Source of the DNA: Bacillota bacterium
Lineage (GTDB): Bacteria > Bacillota > Clostridia > DSM-8532
Reading direction: 5' to 3'
DNA length: 40,672 nucleotides
NCBI GenBank assembly: GCA_023410885.1
Contig: JAEYPI010000050.1
Location: forward strand, 1-40,672
How positions within the stretch are numbered: position 1 is the first letter of the stretch; each line of letters begins with the position of its first letter. Positions 24,699 to 33,836 of this stretch are shown here, piece by piece. The notes beneath the pieces are model-generated. The model was not told the origin of the DNA and ran no database searches. It was given only the letters and a program-made list of their open reading frames with translations. Position numbers and translations under genes: made by a program.

Positions 24699-25054
24699 AT
24701 AACCGTTCATTCGGTACTGCGGGTGAGGATGAAGCCATGCGTTACCTCTCGAAGCGGGGGTATACCATCATATGCCGAAACTTCCGGGCTGGTAAGATGG
24801 GTGAGATCGATCTCATCGGCAGGGATGGGGACACACTTTGTTTTATAGAGGTCAAGACCCGAAGCAACGATCATTACGGAACACCGGCTCAGGCGGTATC
24901 AGCATTGAAACAAGCGACCATTACTCGCCTCGCCCAGGTCTATATGCAGCGTTTCGGTCTTTTTGATCAACCCGTTCGATTTGATGTCGTCGCGCTCATG
25001 ATGGATCGGGAAGGGAAGGTAAAGGATATTGAGCTCCTTAAAAACGCGTTTTAG
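24695..25054 (+). CDS. yraN: YraN family (UPF0102) endonuclease-like protein.
   Basis: 'GEDEAMRYLSKRGYTIICRNFRAGKMGEIDLIGRDGDTLCFIEVKTRS' is the family signature. There is an ATGA overlap with the upstream stop. Confidence 0.85.
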   Translation: MNNRSFGTAGEDEAMRYLSKRGYTIICRNFRAGKMGEIDLIGRDGDTLCFIEVKTRSNDHYGTPAQAVSALKQATITRLAQVYMQRFGLFDQPVRFDVVALMMDREGKVKDIELLKNAF

Positions 25055-25063
25055 GAGGCAAGG

Positions 25064-26035
25064 ATGTTCTTTTTCGATGCTCACTGCGATATACTTTCTG
25101 CTATTGAAAAGCCCGAGGAGCTCTTTTCCAACGCCCATCACTGGGATGCTCGCCGGGCACTTAAAAATGGGCCCTTTATTCAGGTGTTTACTTCCTTTGC
25201 GGGAAGTAAATTCAGAGATAATCCCAAGGCCCATATGGAGGCTCAGCTTCAAAAAGCCCTGATGGCTGAGAAAGCATATCCCGAAAGGCTGAAGCTCCTT
25301 CGCTCGGCCTCTGATCTGGAAGAATTCACGACAAGGCACAAGCTTGAAAACAGGCAAACAGATTCCCGGGACTCCCGAGTCTACGGCTTTTTAGAGGCGG
25401 AAGGCGCGGAGATTCTCGGAGGTTCCCTTTCAGAGCTTGATCGATTGTATGGGCTGGGTCTGCGCATTCTGACCTTGGTTTGGAATTTTGATAATGAGGT
25501 CTGTGACAGCGTGGCAGGCCAGAATCGTCATCATGGGTTATCCCCATTTGGAAAGCAAGTTCTGGAAAAAGCGCAGAAGCTCGGTATTCTCATTGATGTA
25601 TCCCATGGGTCGGATAAGACCCTTGAGGATGTTCTCGAGCTGACTCAAAAGCCTATAACGGCTTCACATAGCAATGCCAGGGCCTTATGCGCCCATAGGC
25701 GCAATCTTACCGATAGCCAGATTAAGGCCATCGCCCGCATGGGTGGCGTCATTGGCATTAATTTCTATCCCTCCTTTCTTCGCAATTCGGGAAATGCGCA
25801 GTTTATGGACATAATTGAACATATCGATTATATGGCTGCTCTGGTGGGGACTTCCAGTATTGGCTTTGGAAGTGATTTCGATGGCTTTGATGATCTCCCC
25901 GAGGGGATGAAAGGCGTTGAAGACTTGAGCAGGATTATAGAGGTGCTATTAAAGCTTAATTATTCGGAGGAAGCAGTAAAGGCCATAGCAGGCGGAAATT
26001 TCTCTAGGTTAATGGGGCTTATTCTGCAAACTTGA
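25064..26035 (+). CDS. Membrane (renal-type) dipeptidase, peptidase family M19.
   Basis: 'FFDAHCD', 'IDVSHGSD', 'ASHSNARALCAHRRNLTD', 'GFGSDFDG' are the M19 metal/active-site blocks. Confidence 0.85.
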   Translation: MFFFDAHCDILSAIEKPEELFSNAHHWDARRALKNGPFIQVFTSFAGSKFRDNPKAHMEAQLQKALMAEKAYPERLKLLRSASDLEEFTTRHKLENRQTDSRDSRVYGFLEAEGAEILGGSLSELDRLYGLGLRILTLVWNFDNEVCDSVAGQNRHHGLSPFGKQVLEKAQKLGILIDVSHGSDKTLEDVLELTQKPITASHSNARALCAHRRNLTDSQIKAIARMGGVIGINFYPSFLRNSGNAQFMDIIEHIDYMAALVGTSSIGFGSDFDGFDDLPEGMKGVEDLSRIIEVLLKLNYSEEAVKAIAGGNFSRLMGLILQT

Positions 26036-26112
26036 GTAACTACGAAAAATATTGTATAATGCTTAAAGATGCGTTGCAAACCTTTTTTGCTGCTGCATGT
26101 TTGGGAGGATTA

Positions 26113-27159
26113 ATGGACAAAAGGCGAGATATACTGGATATGACCTATGAAGAGCTTTTAAAATCATTGACTGAACTAGGCTTTAAGCCGTTCAGGGCCA
26201 AACAGGTTTTTCAATGGCTTTATGCAGGACAACTCGATTTTTCGGGCATGAGTAATATCCCTAAGGAAATGCGGGAGAAGCTTTCGGAGGAGTTTTACGC
26301 CGGAGGCTTGGCAATAGCCAACAGGTTGATTTCAAGGATTGACGGCACGCGCAAGTATTTATTCGAGCTTACGGATGGCAACATTATTGAGAGCGTACTG
26401 ATGAAGTACCATTATGGCTATTCAGTGTGCTTGTCCACCCAGGTTGGCTGCCGCATGGGTTGTGCCTTTTGCGCTTCGGCTCCCCTTGGGCTTGTGAGAA
26501 GCCTCACGGTAGGCGAAATGCTGGGTCAGATTCTCGCCATAAGCCATGATATTGGGGATAGAATCAGTCATGTGGTGCTTATGGGCATTGGCGAGCCCTT
26601 TGATAATTATGATAACGTAGTAGCGTTTTTGAGGCGCATCAACCAGGAAGATACATTAAATATCAGCTTTAGAAAAATGACAGTTTCAACCTGCGGTATT
26701 GTACCCCGCATATTGGATTTTGCCCGGGAGGGTATACCCGTCAATTTGTCGGTATCCCTTCATGCTCCAAATGATGAAGTGCGTACAAAGACTATGCCGG
26801 TCGCGCGAAGATGGCCTTTCGACGAGCTTCTGAAGGCTTGTAATGAGTATGCCAGGTTAACTTCCCGACGTGTTACTTATGAATACTCTTTAATTAAGGA
26901 TGTTAATGATTCACCGGAGTTTGCAGCAATTCTGGCAGAGAAGCTTAAGGGGACGCTGTGCCATGTCAACCTGATACCTGTTAATCTCGTTGAGGGCACA
27001 AGCTTTAATAAAAGCTCAAAACCCAGAATTGAGGAATTTATGCGTATACTTGAAAAGGCACATATCGCTGTGACTGTAAGACGAGAGTTAGGAAGCGACA
27101 TCATGGCTGCATGCGGTCAATTACGTAGAAATACCCTTGTGGAATCAGGGAAGGTGTAG
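26113..27159 (+). CDS. rlmN: 23S rRNA/tRNA (adenine-C2)-methyltransferase RlmN (radical SAM).
   Basis: 'FRAKQVFQWLY', radical SAM 'CRMGCAFCAS', 'GIGEP', C-terminal 'DIMAACGQL'. GGGAGGA precedes ATG 26113. The longer ORF from 26032 is unlikely. Confidence 0.92.
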   Translation: MDKRRDILDMTYEELLKSLTELGFKPFRAKQVFQWLYAGQLDFSGMSNIPKEMREKLSEEFYAGGLAIANRLISRIDGTRKYLFELTDGNIIESVLMKYHYGYSVCLSTQVGCRMGCAFCASAPLGLVRSLTVGEMLGQILAISHDIGDRISHVVLMGIGEPFDNYDNVVAFLRRINQEDTLNISFRKMTVSTCGIVPRILDFAREGIPVNLSVSLHAPNDEVRTKTMPVARRWPFDELLKACNEYARLTSRRVTYEYSLIKDVNDSPEFAAILAEKLKGTLCHVNLIPVNLVEGTSFNKSSKPRIEEFMRILEKAHIAVTVRRELGSDIMAACGQLRRNTLVESGKV

Positions 27160-27162
27160 AGT

Positions 27163-27894
27163 GTGAGGTATTCGGCGCTCAGCGACATTGGTCTAAAGAG
27201 AGATAAGAACGAGGATAACTGGAATATCGTGCTGGACGAGGCGGGAAATCCCGTGGGATTTATCGTCGCCGACGGTATGGGTGGACACCTTGCCGGGGAA
27301 GAAGCCAGCCGAATTGCTGTTGAAGAAATGTCTTCGACGGCTCTTGCCTGTGTATCTCAAAATGCTTCTCCAGATGTCATAAAAGACCTCATCAATCAAC
27401 AAATCATGACCATTAATCAAAGAATTATGGACTTTTCCATTCAACACCTGGGTGGTTTGAAGAGCGGTACGACGCTCTCAGTGGGCCTGGTTTTGGATCG
27501 TCATCTTCATATTGCCCATGTGGGCGACTGCCGTATTTACCGCATACGTGACGGCAGCATTTATAGGCTTACGGAGGATCATTCCTATGTAGCCGAGCTG
27601 GTTAAGGGAGGTCTTATCAGTGCTGATGAGGCCGATCACCATCCCGACAGAAACCGCATTACGCGGGCTTTAGGTTTCAAGGACAACTTCTTTCCTGACT
27701 TTTACTCGGAACTCATCAGAAAAGAGGACATTTATATCTTTTGTACCGATGGGCTTTATATGGATCTGAGCGATCAGGAAATTTTAGATACGGTATTGCA
27801 TGAACCGCGCGAAACCATCGTCAATCGCCTTATTGAAAAGGCCAAGGACCATGGTGGAAGCGACAACATTACGGCTATTGTAGCCTGGATGTAG
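27163..27894 (+). CDS. prpC: PP2C-family Ser/Thr phosphatase (Stp/PrpC).
   Basis: 'SDIGLKRDKNEDN', 'VADGMGGHLAGEEAS', 'CTDGL', 'GGSDNITAIV'. GTG start. Confidence 0.9.
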   Translation: MRYSALSDIGLKRDKNEDNWNIVLDEAGNPVGFIVADGMGGHLAGEEASRIAVEEMSSTALACVSQNASPDVIKDLINQQIMTINQRIMDFSIQHLGGLKSGTTLSVGLVLDRHLHIAHVGDCRIYRIRDGSIYRLTEDHSYVAELVKGGLISADEADHHPDRNRITRALGFKDNFFPDFYSELIRKEDIYIFCTDGLYMDLSDQEILDTVLHEPRETIVNRLIEKAKDHGGSDNITAIVAWM

Positions 27895-27912
27895 GCACAA
27901 AGGGGTGTAAAA

Positions 27913-29916
27913 ATGATAGGTACAGTTTTAGGTAATAGATACGAAATATTATCCGAGATTGGCACAGGCGGAATGGCAAAGGTCTATAAGGCTAAATGCC
28001 GTTATCTACAACGTATTGTTGCCGTTAAGATTTTAAAGGATGAATTTCGAGAGGACAGCGAGTTTTTAAAGCGTTTTGATACCGAGGCCCAGGCCGCGGC
28101 AAGCCTGACTCATCCCAATATCGTTCAAATATATGATGTGGGCCGGGATAATAACCGCTATTATATCGTGATGGAGTATGTTGAGGGCATCACCCTCAAG
28201 GAATACATTGAGGAAAGAGGATCACTGGAATGGCGGGAAGCCATCAATATCTCTATCCAGATTTGCAGCGCCCTGTCAAAAGCCCACAGCCGTCACATCA
28301 TTCACCGGGATATCAAACCCCATAATATCATGATGAACTCGGACGGTGTACCAAAGGTCGCTGATTTTGGTATTGCGCGTTCTGTTTCCAACGAAACGGC
28401 TACCATGAAGCTGGATACGGTAGGTTCGGTACACTATTCTTCACCCGAGCAGGTTCGGGGCGGGTATACCGATGAAAAATCTGATATATACTCGATAGGC
28501 GTGACCATTTTCGAGATGGTTACCGGAAAGCTGCCCTTTGACGGTGAGACACCTGTTGCCGTTGCCCTGCAGCACATACAGGATGAGCCACCCGTGCCAT
28601 CCTCCTTGAAGCCCGGCATTCCGCATGCCTTGGATCGTATTATTCTCAAAGCTATCGCCAAGAGTAAGCAAGATCGTTATGACTCAGTGGCTGAGCTGAT
28701 CAATGACCTTGAAAATATCCGATTAAAGCCCGGTACATCCCACGATATTGTGCTGCCCAATGTAAAGCGCGAAAACGATAAATACAGCACTAAGAAATTT
28801 GCACCTTTGGGGGATGAGGATTTGAAGAAGGAAACGCCAACTACAGCACCCTCTAAGCAGAAAAATGGTCATAATGAGGATAATGACAGGGATAATAGCG
28901 GTAATGCCCGAAGGTTCATGATGCCCATTATTTATATCACGCTGATTGTCGCTATTTTAGGCGGGATTTACTATTTTGTAAATACGCTTTTAAAGGATTT
29001 GATACCCGATGTGCAGGAGCGTCCAAGGGAAGTTATTCTGTCCAACTATTCGGGACGAGATATAGAGGAAGTCAAGCAGGAGCTTGCCTTAAGCGGCATT
29101 ACACCCGAGATCAGCTATGAATTTAATGATACAGTGGGTGAGAATACTGTCATTAAACAGGACCCCCTACCCGATACCACCATCAAGGTTCCGGGCCTAA
29201 CCCCTGTAAAGCTGTTGGTGAGTAAGGGCCAGGATCTTGTGGAAATTCCGGAGGTCGTGGGTCAAGATCATAATACCATTCGGTTTAAGCTACAGGATGA
29301 GTATGATCTTGAGGTAGTGGAACAGCCTGAGTACCATGAGGAAGTTGCCATAAATCTTGTCTCTAAAATTGAGCCGATACCCGGGACCAAGGTTGCAAGA
29401 GGCACAAAGGTTACAGTGTATTGGAGTATGGGGCCTGAAAAGAAGCAGGTTGTTGTACCCAATCTGATTAATTCAACCTATAATGAGGCTTTGAAAATAC
29501 TCGAAGAATATAATTTGAAGGTGGGCGACACTTTCCCCAAGGACAGAGAAGGTTTCCAGGGCAAAATAGTGGATCAAGCGCCAAAGGCCGGTGAGACGGT
29601 CACCGAGGAGACAGCCATCCATCTTTATTTCCAAGAGGGTGATACCGAAACGGGTGGAAATGTGCCCTATCCCTCCACGGGAACCAACCAAACGATAGTC
29701 ATTAACCTCCCTCAGGGTTACAGTTTTGGTGAAACAGTCAGGCTGAGAGCCTACATCTTTGATAATAGCACGGGTGATGAAATGGAGATTTTTGATGAAA
29801 GTGCTGTACCGATAAGTGAATTTCCCCGTGCCGTGACTGTGCCTGTACCCGAGGGTGGTGGCATCACAGTCAGGGTTTATGTTAATGATATCATAGCACT
29901 TGAAAAAAGCTATTAG
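27913..29916 (+). CDS. prkC: PASTA-domain Ser/Thr protein kinase (PrkC/PknB type).
   Basis: 'GTGGMAKVYKA', 'HRDIKPHNIM', 'DFGIAR', 'SPEQ', one TM ('MMPIIYITLIVAILGGIYYFV'), three PASTA-like repeats and a C-terminal beta-rich domain. Confidence 0.92.
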   Translation: MIGTVLGNRYEILSEIGTGGMAKVYKAKCRYLQRIVAVKILKDEFREDSEFLKRFDTEAQAAASLTHPNIVQIYDVGRDNNRYYIVMEYVEGITLKEYIEERGSLEWREAINISIQICSALSKAHSRHIIHRDIKPHNIMMNSDGVPKVADFGIARSVSNETATMKLDTVGSVHYSSPEQVRGGYTDEKSDIYSIGVTIFEMVTGKLPFDGETPVAVALQHIQDEPPVPSSLKPGIPHALDRIILKAIAKSKQDRYDSVAELINDLENIRLKPGTSHDIVLPNVKRENDKYSTKKFAPLGDEDLKKETPTTAPSKQKNGHNEDNDRDNSGNARRFMMPIIYITLIVAILGGIYYFVNTLLKDLIPDVQERPREVILSNYSGRDIEEVKQELALSGITPEISYEFNDTVGENTVIKQDPLPDTTIKVPGLTPVKLLVSKGQDLVEIPEVVGQDHNTIRFKLQDEYDLEVVEQPEYHEEVAINLVSKIEPIPGTKVARGTKVTVYWSMGPEKKQVVVPNLINSTYNEALKILEEYNLKVGDTFPKDREGFQGKIVDQAPKAGETVTEETAIHLYFQEGDTETGGNVPYPSTGTNQTIVINLPQGYSFGETVRLRAYIFDNSTGDEMEIFDESAVPISEFPRAVTVPVPEGGGITVRVYVNDIIALEKSY

Positions 29917-29976
29917 TCCTAATATTATGTGAATGATATCCTGGCGCTTGATAAAAGCTTTTAGTCCCAATATAAT
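29881..29976 (+). repeat. 48-bp imperfect tandem duplication spanning the prkC stop codon.
   Basis: Unit 1 (29881-29928) is gttaatgatatcatagcacttgaaaaaagctattagtcctaatattat. Unit 2 (29929-29976) is gtgaatgatatcctggcgcttgataaaagcttttagtcccaatataat. 40 of 48 positions are identical by manual alignment. Confidence 0.85.
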
Positions 29977-30011
29977 GAGAAATACTGCATTTAGGAGGTG
30001 CTATCAATAGT

Positions 30012-30914
30012 TTGCCCGAAGGGATTATTCTAAAAGGTGTTGGAAGTTTTTACGAGGTTCTTCAAGAAGGAGGCCCTTGCACCCCTTATACCTGTAAGGT
30101 AAGAGGGATTCACCGAAAAAAGGGAGGAACGACTCCCCTGCCCGGTGACCGGGTCACTTTTGATATATTGGATGAAGCCAATCATGAAGGTCACATTGAC
30201 CAAATTCTTGAGCGGCGTAATGCCTTTGTCCGTCCACCGGTTTCAAATATTGACCAACTGGCCATTGTTCTGGCCGTTACAAGCCCCAGTCCTGATCTTA
30301 TGCTTTTGGACAAGCTCATCATTACCTGCTTGGCCAAGGAGATTCGTCCCCTGCTTGTGATTAACAAAATGGACTTGGATCAGGAGCATCAATTTGATAG
30401 ACTCCTATCAGCTTATGAAAAAACGGGTTTTTCGATCATCGGTTTGAGCAAGTTTCAACCGGAAGGCCATAAGCTGCTTCATCAAAGTCTTATTGGCTAT
30501 ACTACTGCTTTGGCAGGTCAGTCCGGTGTTGGAAAGTCCACAATCCTCAACACGATTCTGAACCATTGGCTTATGGAAACCGGTGAGGTCAGCGACCGTA
30601 TTCAAAGAGGCAAGCACACCACAAGGCATGTTCAGCTTTTCAGGTTGGATCAGGGCGGATTCTTTATGGATACACCCGGATTTAGTTCCTTCTCTGTTTC
30701 GGATGTAGCCCATGATACTTTAAAGGACTACTATCCTGAGTTTGACAGTGTTCAGGGGGCCTGCCGCTTTAAAGGCTGCAGTCATACCGACGAGCCCGAT
30801 TGTGCCGTGCGTGGGCTTGTAGAAGAAGGAAAGCTTGATGAAGGCCGATATAATCGGTATATTAAGCTCTATAAAGAACTGAAAGAAATTTATGATAACA
30901 GATACAGGAGATAA
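30012..30914 (+). CDS. rsgA: Ribosome small-subunit-dependent GTPase A (RsgA/CpgA).
   Basis: N-terminal OB region, 'INKMDL' (G4), '[12 protein letters not shown]' (G1), 'DTPGFSSF', Zn-finger '[16 protein letters not shown]'. TTG start. The 13-nt spacing to AGGAGG is long, so the start is uncertain. Confidence 0.9.
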   Translation: MPEGIILKGVGSFYEVLQEGGPCTPYTCKVRGIHRKKGGTTPLPGDRVTFDILDEANHEGHIDQILERRNAFVRPPVSNIDQLAIVLAVTSPSPDLMLLDKLIITCLAKEIRPLLVINKMDLDQEHQFDRLLSAYEKTGFSIIGLSKFQPEGHKLLHQSLIGYTTALAGQSGVGKSTILNTILNHWLMETGEVSDRIQRGKHTTRHVQLFRLDQGGFFMDTPGFSSFSVSDVAHDTLKDYYPEFDSVQGACRFKGCSHTDEPDCAVRGLVEEGKLDEGRYNRYIKLYKELKEIYDNRYRR

Positions 30915-30916
30915 CG

Positions 30917-31576
30917 ATGATTAAAATTGCACCCTCTATTTTATCCGCAGACTTTTCCATCCTGGGCGAAGAGATTAGGAAAATTCAAAGCTCAGGTGCT
31001 GATATGGTCCATATTGACGTGATGGATGGTCATTATGTACCCAATATCACCATTGGCCCCTTGGTGGTGTCAGCCATTCGTCCCATCACCAAGCTTCCTC
31101 TGGATGTCCATCTTATGATCGAGGAGCCTGATCGTTATTTGGAGGCCTTTAAGGAGGCCGGAGCCGATATCATTACCGTTCATGCCGAAGCGGCCAGACA
31201 CTTGGATAGAGTTGTTGCTCGCATCCGTGAAATGGGCCTTAAAGCCGGTGTATCCCTAAATCCTTCCACACCTGAAAATGTGTTGGAGTATGTGCTGGAC
31301 AAGATTGATAGGGTTCTGGTCATGACGGTTAATCCGGGCTTTGGCGGCCAACGTTTTATTGAGGGAATGACTCAGAAAATTGCCAGAATAAAAAAAATGA
31401 TTGATCAACGCAATCTGCAAGTGGATATTCAGGTTGATGGCGGTATTAATGAAGCCACTATTTCTAAGGTAGCCGAAGCCGGCGCCAGTATCATGGTGAC
31501 GGGCTCTGCTTTCTTCAGTAGTGCTGACCCTACAGCATTTGTAAGCCTTCTTAAAGAAAGAGGAATAACGAAATGA
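30917..31576 (+). CDS. rpe: Ribulose-phosphate 3-epimerase.
   Basis: '[10 protein letters not shown]', '[16 protein letters not shown]', 'DVHLMI', '[10 protein letters not shown]', 'VDGGIN'. Confidence 0.95.
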   Translation: MIKIAPSILSADFSILGEEIRKIQSSGADMVHIDVMDGHYVPNITIGPLVVSAIRPITKLPLDVHLMIEEPDRYLEAFKEAGADIITVHAEAARHLDRVVARIREMGLKAGVSLNPSTPENVLEYVLDKIDRVLVMTVNPGFGGQRFIEGMTQKIARIKKMIDQRNLQVDIQVDGGINEATISKVAEAGASIMVTGSAFFSSADPTAFVSLLKERGITK

Positions 31577-32205
31577 AGGCACTCGTTGTAGGAAGTGGCA
31601 ATTCACCCAGTCACAAGCTCTTAAAGGAGCGCTATGCATGGGCCGATTTGGTTATTGCGGCGGATGGCGGCGCATTATACCTTGCAGAGTCGAACCTCAT
31701 ACCCCATGTGCTTCTGGGAGATTTTGATTCCATTTCCGGGCCTGTTCTTGAAAAAATGCAGCAGCAATCGGAGGTCATTTCTTTCCCCACACACAAGGAC
31801 TACACCGATATGGAGCTTGCTATAAACCTTGCTGTGGAGCGGGGAGCCAAGGAACTGGTTCTTTTAGGGGCATGCGGCTCGCGGCTGGATCATACCATGG
31901 GCAATGTCTTTTTATTGCATTCCTTATTAGAGAAAGACATTCAAGCATGTGTTGAGGATGATCACAATCAGATCTATCTCATAAAAGATGCGTTAACAAT
32001 TAAAAAGCAGGAAAACCGTAAGGTTTCCCTGCTTCCTCTATCTCCCCGCGTGGAGGGATTAACAACAAAAGGTCTTGCATATCCTCTCTGTGAGGACACT
32101 TTGAAAATCGGTATCAATCGTGGTATCAGCAACGAATTTAATGATGATTTCGCCACCATCTCTATAAAAAAAGGTTTGCTTCTCGTTTTCCTTTCGGAGG
32201 ACTGA
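31573..32205 (+). CDS. thiN: Thiamine pyrophosphokinase.
   Basis: 'IAADGGA', 'LGDFDSI', '[11 protein letters not shown]', '[13 protein letters not shown]'. There is an ATGA overlap with rpe. Confidence 0.85.
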   Translation: MKALVVGSGNSPSHKLLKERYAWADLVIAADGGALYLAESNLIPHVLLGDFDSISGPVLEKMQQQSEVISFPTHKDYTDMELAINLAVERGAKELVLLGACGSRLDHTMGNVFLLHSLLEKDIQACVEDDHNQIYLIKDALTIKKQENRKVSLLPLSPRVEGLTTKGLAYPLCEDTLKIGINRGISNEFNDDFATISIKKGLLLVFLSED

Positions 32206-32213
32206 TCAGCCTT

Positions 32214-32633
32214 TTAGTCAACCAATGGGGTGTTTTTGGTCTTCAGCTTACTTTTCTTATTATGGGTGGGAGCTGGTTCCTCAGCCTTGCTGACTTCAAT
32301 CATCCGGCAAGAGCCATGGAATATAGCACCTTCATCGGTAACGATGCTTGTCACTTCGATATCACCATGAAGCCTGGCCTGAGTCATCAGGTGAAGAATT
32401 CCCTTGGAAAGAATGTTCCCCTTAATGGCGCCACTTACATATACATTGCTTCCATAAATGTTTCCGGTTACTGTTGCGGAGGATTCGATATACACATCGC
32501 CACCCGCCTTAATATCACCCTCAATTTTACCGAGTACCTTGATAGAGCCTTCGGTATCAATATTGCCAACAAATGAGGTAAACTCTCCTAATACAGTATC
32601 CATGGCCAGGGGTGTGTTTTTTTTGTTGAACAT
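32214..32633 (-). CDS. Bactofilin (polymer-forming cytoskeletal protein, DUF583).
   Basis: Repetitive beta-helix pattern 'FVGNIDTEGSIKVLGKIEGDIKAGGDVYIESSATVTGNIYGSNVYVSGAIKGNI...LHGDIEVTSIVTDEGAIFHGSC' and a K-rich tail. ATG at 32633. The longer ORF to 32720 would overlap the M23 gene. Confidence 0.85.
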   Translation of the reverse strand: MFNKKNTPLAMDTVLGEFTSFVGNIDTEGSIKVLGKIEGDIKAGGDVYIESSATVTGNIYGSNVYVSGAIKGNILSKGILHLMTQARLHGDIEVTSIVTDEGAIFHGSCRMIEVSKAEEPAPTHNKKSKLKTKNTPLVD

Positions 32634-32661
32634 ATTTTTTGACCGCCTTTCATTTTTATCT

Positions 32662-33639
32662 CTAGCGCTTTTCCAGATATTTAGTGGGATCGGTGGGTAC
32701 ATCGTTAATCCGAACCTCAAAATGGAGATGGGTACTGGTGGAGGTTCCTGTGTTGCCCATGGCCGCTATTTTTTGGCCCTTCTTAACCCAATCGCCTTCC
32801 TTCACACTATAAGCACTTAAATGGCCATAAAGGGATTTCAAGCCATTTCCATGATCAATTATAACACATTTTCCGTATCCGCCGTTTAGGCCTGCAAGCG
32901 TAACCTTGCCTGTTCCGGCTGCATAGATGGCAGCCCCTTTTGTATCACCTATATCAATACCGTCATGTGTAATATAGCGATTGTAAATAGGATGGAGACG
33001 TCTACCGTATCCAGAATCAATGCGGGTATAATTATCAATGGGCCAATAGGTTGGCAGCGAATCTAAATACTTGGTTAGCTCGATTTCTTTTTTAGCGATT
33101 TGGCTTGAAATATCGTCTTCTGAAAGTTTTGCGGTTTGCACGGTTTCAATCAGGCTGCGAAGCTCGGTTAAGCTTTCCTTAAATGTAATTTCCTTTGAAG
33201 CCCCTCGGCTTACTTTTTTTATGGTTTGCAGATTCTTATCAACGTAAGAGACAACCAAATCCTCATATTCTGTTTTATATTCTTCTATTGCACTATCGGA
33301 TATGGTTTGGGCTGAGGTGGCTGCCGTTATGAGCTCAGAGGTCTCAACCAGTTTCTCTGTCTGCTCAGCAAGGATGTCTTCCAGTTTGTTTTTCTGGTCG
33401 AGTATGAGCGATAGTTCCTGTGCGTGCTTTGCTTTGAGGTCCTGATTCTGTTGCACGACAGAGAGTGTATATCCTGTGAGCATCAAGAGGGCTACGAGCA
33501 TGATAGCTGTTGCAGAGAGGAGGGTTGTCCGATAGTTATTGATTCTGATGGTGTGTACGTTGCCCTTGCGATGAGGGACAAACATAAAGGACAAATAATT
33601 CTGTCGTTTAACAGAAATTTTGCCTGTTTTCTTTTTCAT
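32662..33639 (-). CDS. M23 (LytM-type) peptidoglycan metalloendopeptidase with an N-terminal TM helix and a coiled coil.
   Basis: 'HPIYNRYITHDGIDI', 'GGYGKCVIIDHGNG', 'GNTGTSTSTHLHFEV'. TM 'TLLSATAIMLVALLMLTGY'. AGGAG lies 6 nt before ATG 33639. Confidence 0.85.
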   Translation of the reverse strand: MKKKTGKISVKRQNYLSFMFVPHRKGNVHTIRINNYRTTLLSATAIMLVALLMLTGYTLSVVQQNQDLKAKHAQELSLILDQKNKLEDILAEQTEKLVETSELITAATSAQTISDSAIEEYKTEYEDLVVSYVDKNLQTIKKVSRGASKEITFKESLTELRSLIETVQTAKLSEDDISSQIAKKEIELTKYLDSLPTYWPIDNYTRIDSGYGRRLHPIYNRYITHDGIDIGDTKGAAIYAAGTGKVTLAGLNGGYGKCVIIDHGNGLKSLYGHLSAYSVKEGDWVKKGQKIAAMGNTGTSTSTHLHFEVRINDVPTDPTKYLEKR

Positions 33640-33836
33640 ATTGTCACTCCTTAACATACCCCTTTTTAAAAATAAAATAAATTAAATGTTTTCTCTTAAC
33701 CAGCCGATATCATTATAATATATTATCTCCACAAAGAGAAGATTCTTCCGAGAATTTGTTTTGAACTTCTTCCAATGTTGGTATATGATAGAGCATATAC
33801 GGCTTCCACTCAAATCAGAAATTTCAGAGGATGCAT

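Noticed and set aside
24899-25357. 152-aa minus-strand ORF across the yraN/dipeptidase junction.
   Set aside because: It is antisense to two genes with clear family signatures and is a shadow ORF.
26032-26112. N-terminal 27 codons of the long rlmN ORF (start at 26032, overlapping the dipeptidase stop).
   Set aside because: A strong GGGAGGA RBS precedes ATG 26113, and RlmN homologues begin near 'MD..L.DMT.EEL'. The upstream extension is hydrophobic and unconserved-looking.
29473-29970. 165-aa minus-strand ORF covering the prkC 3' end and the 48-bp duplication.
   Set aside because: It is antisense to the PASTA and C-terminal domains of prkC. Its apparent N-terminus simply runs through the duplicated segment. 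There is no RBS or motif.
32634-32720. N-terminal 29 codons of the long bactofilin ORF.
   Set aside because: This extension would overlap the M23 peptidase 3' end by ~60 nt. Bactofilins typically start a few residues before the beta-helical core, and ATG 32633 fits.
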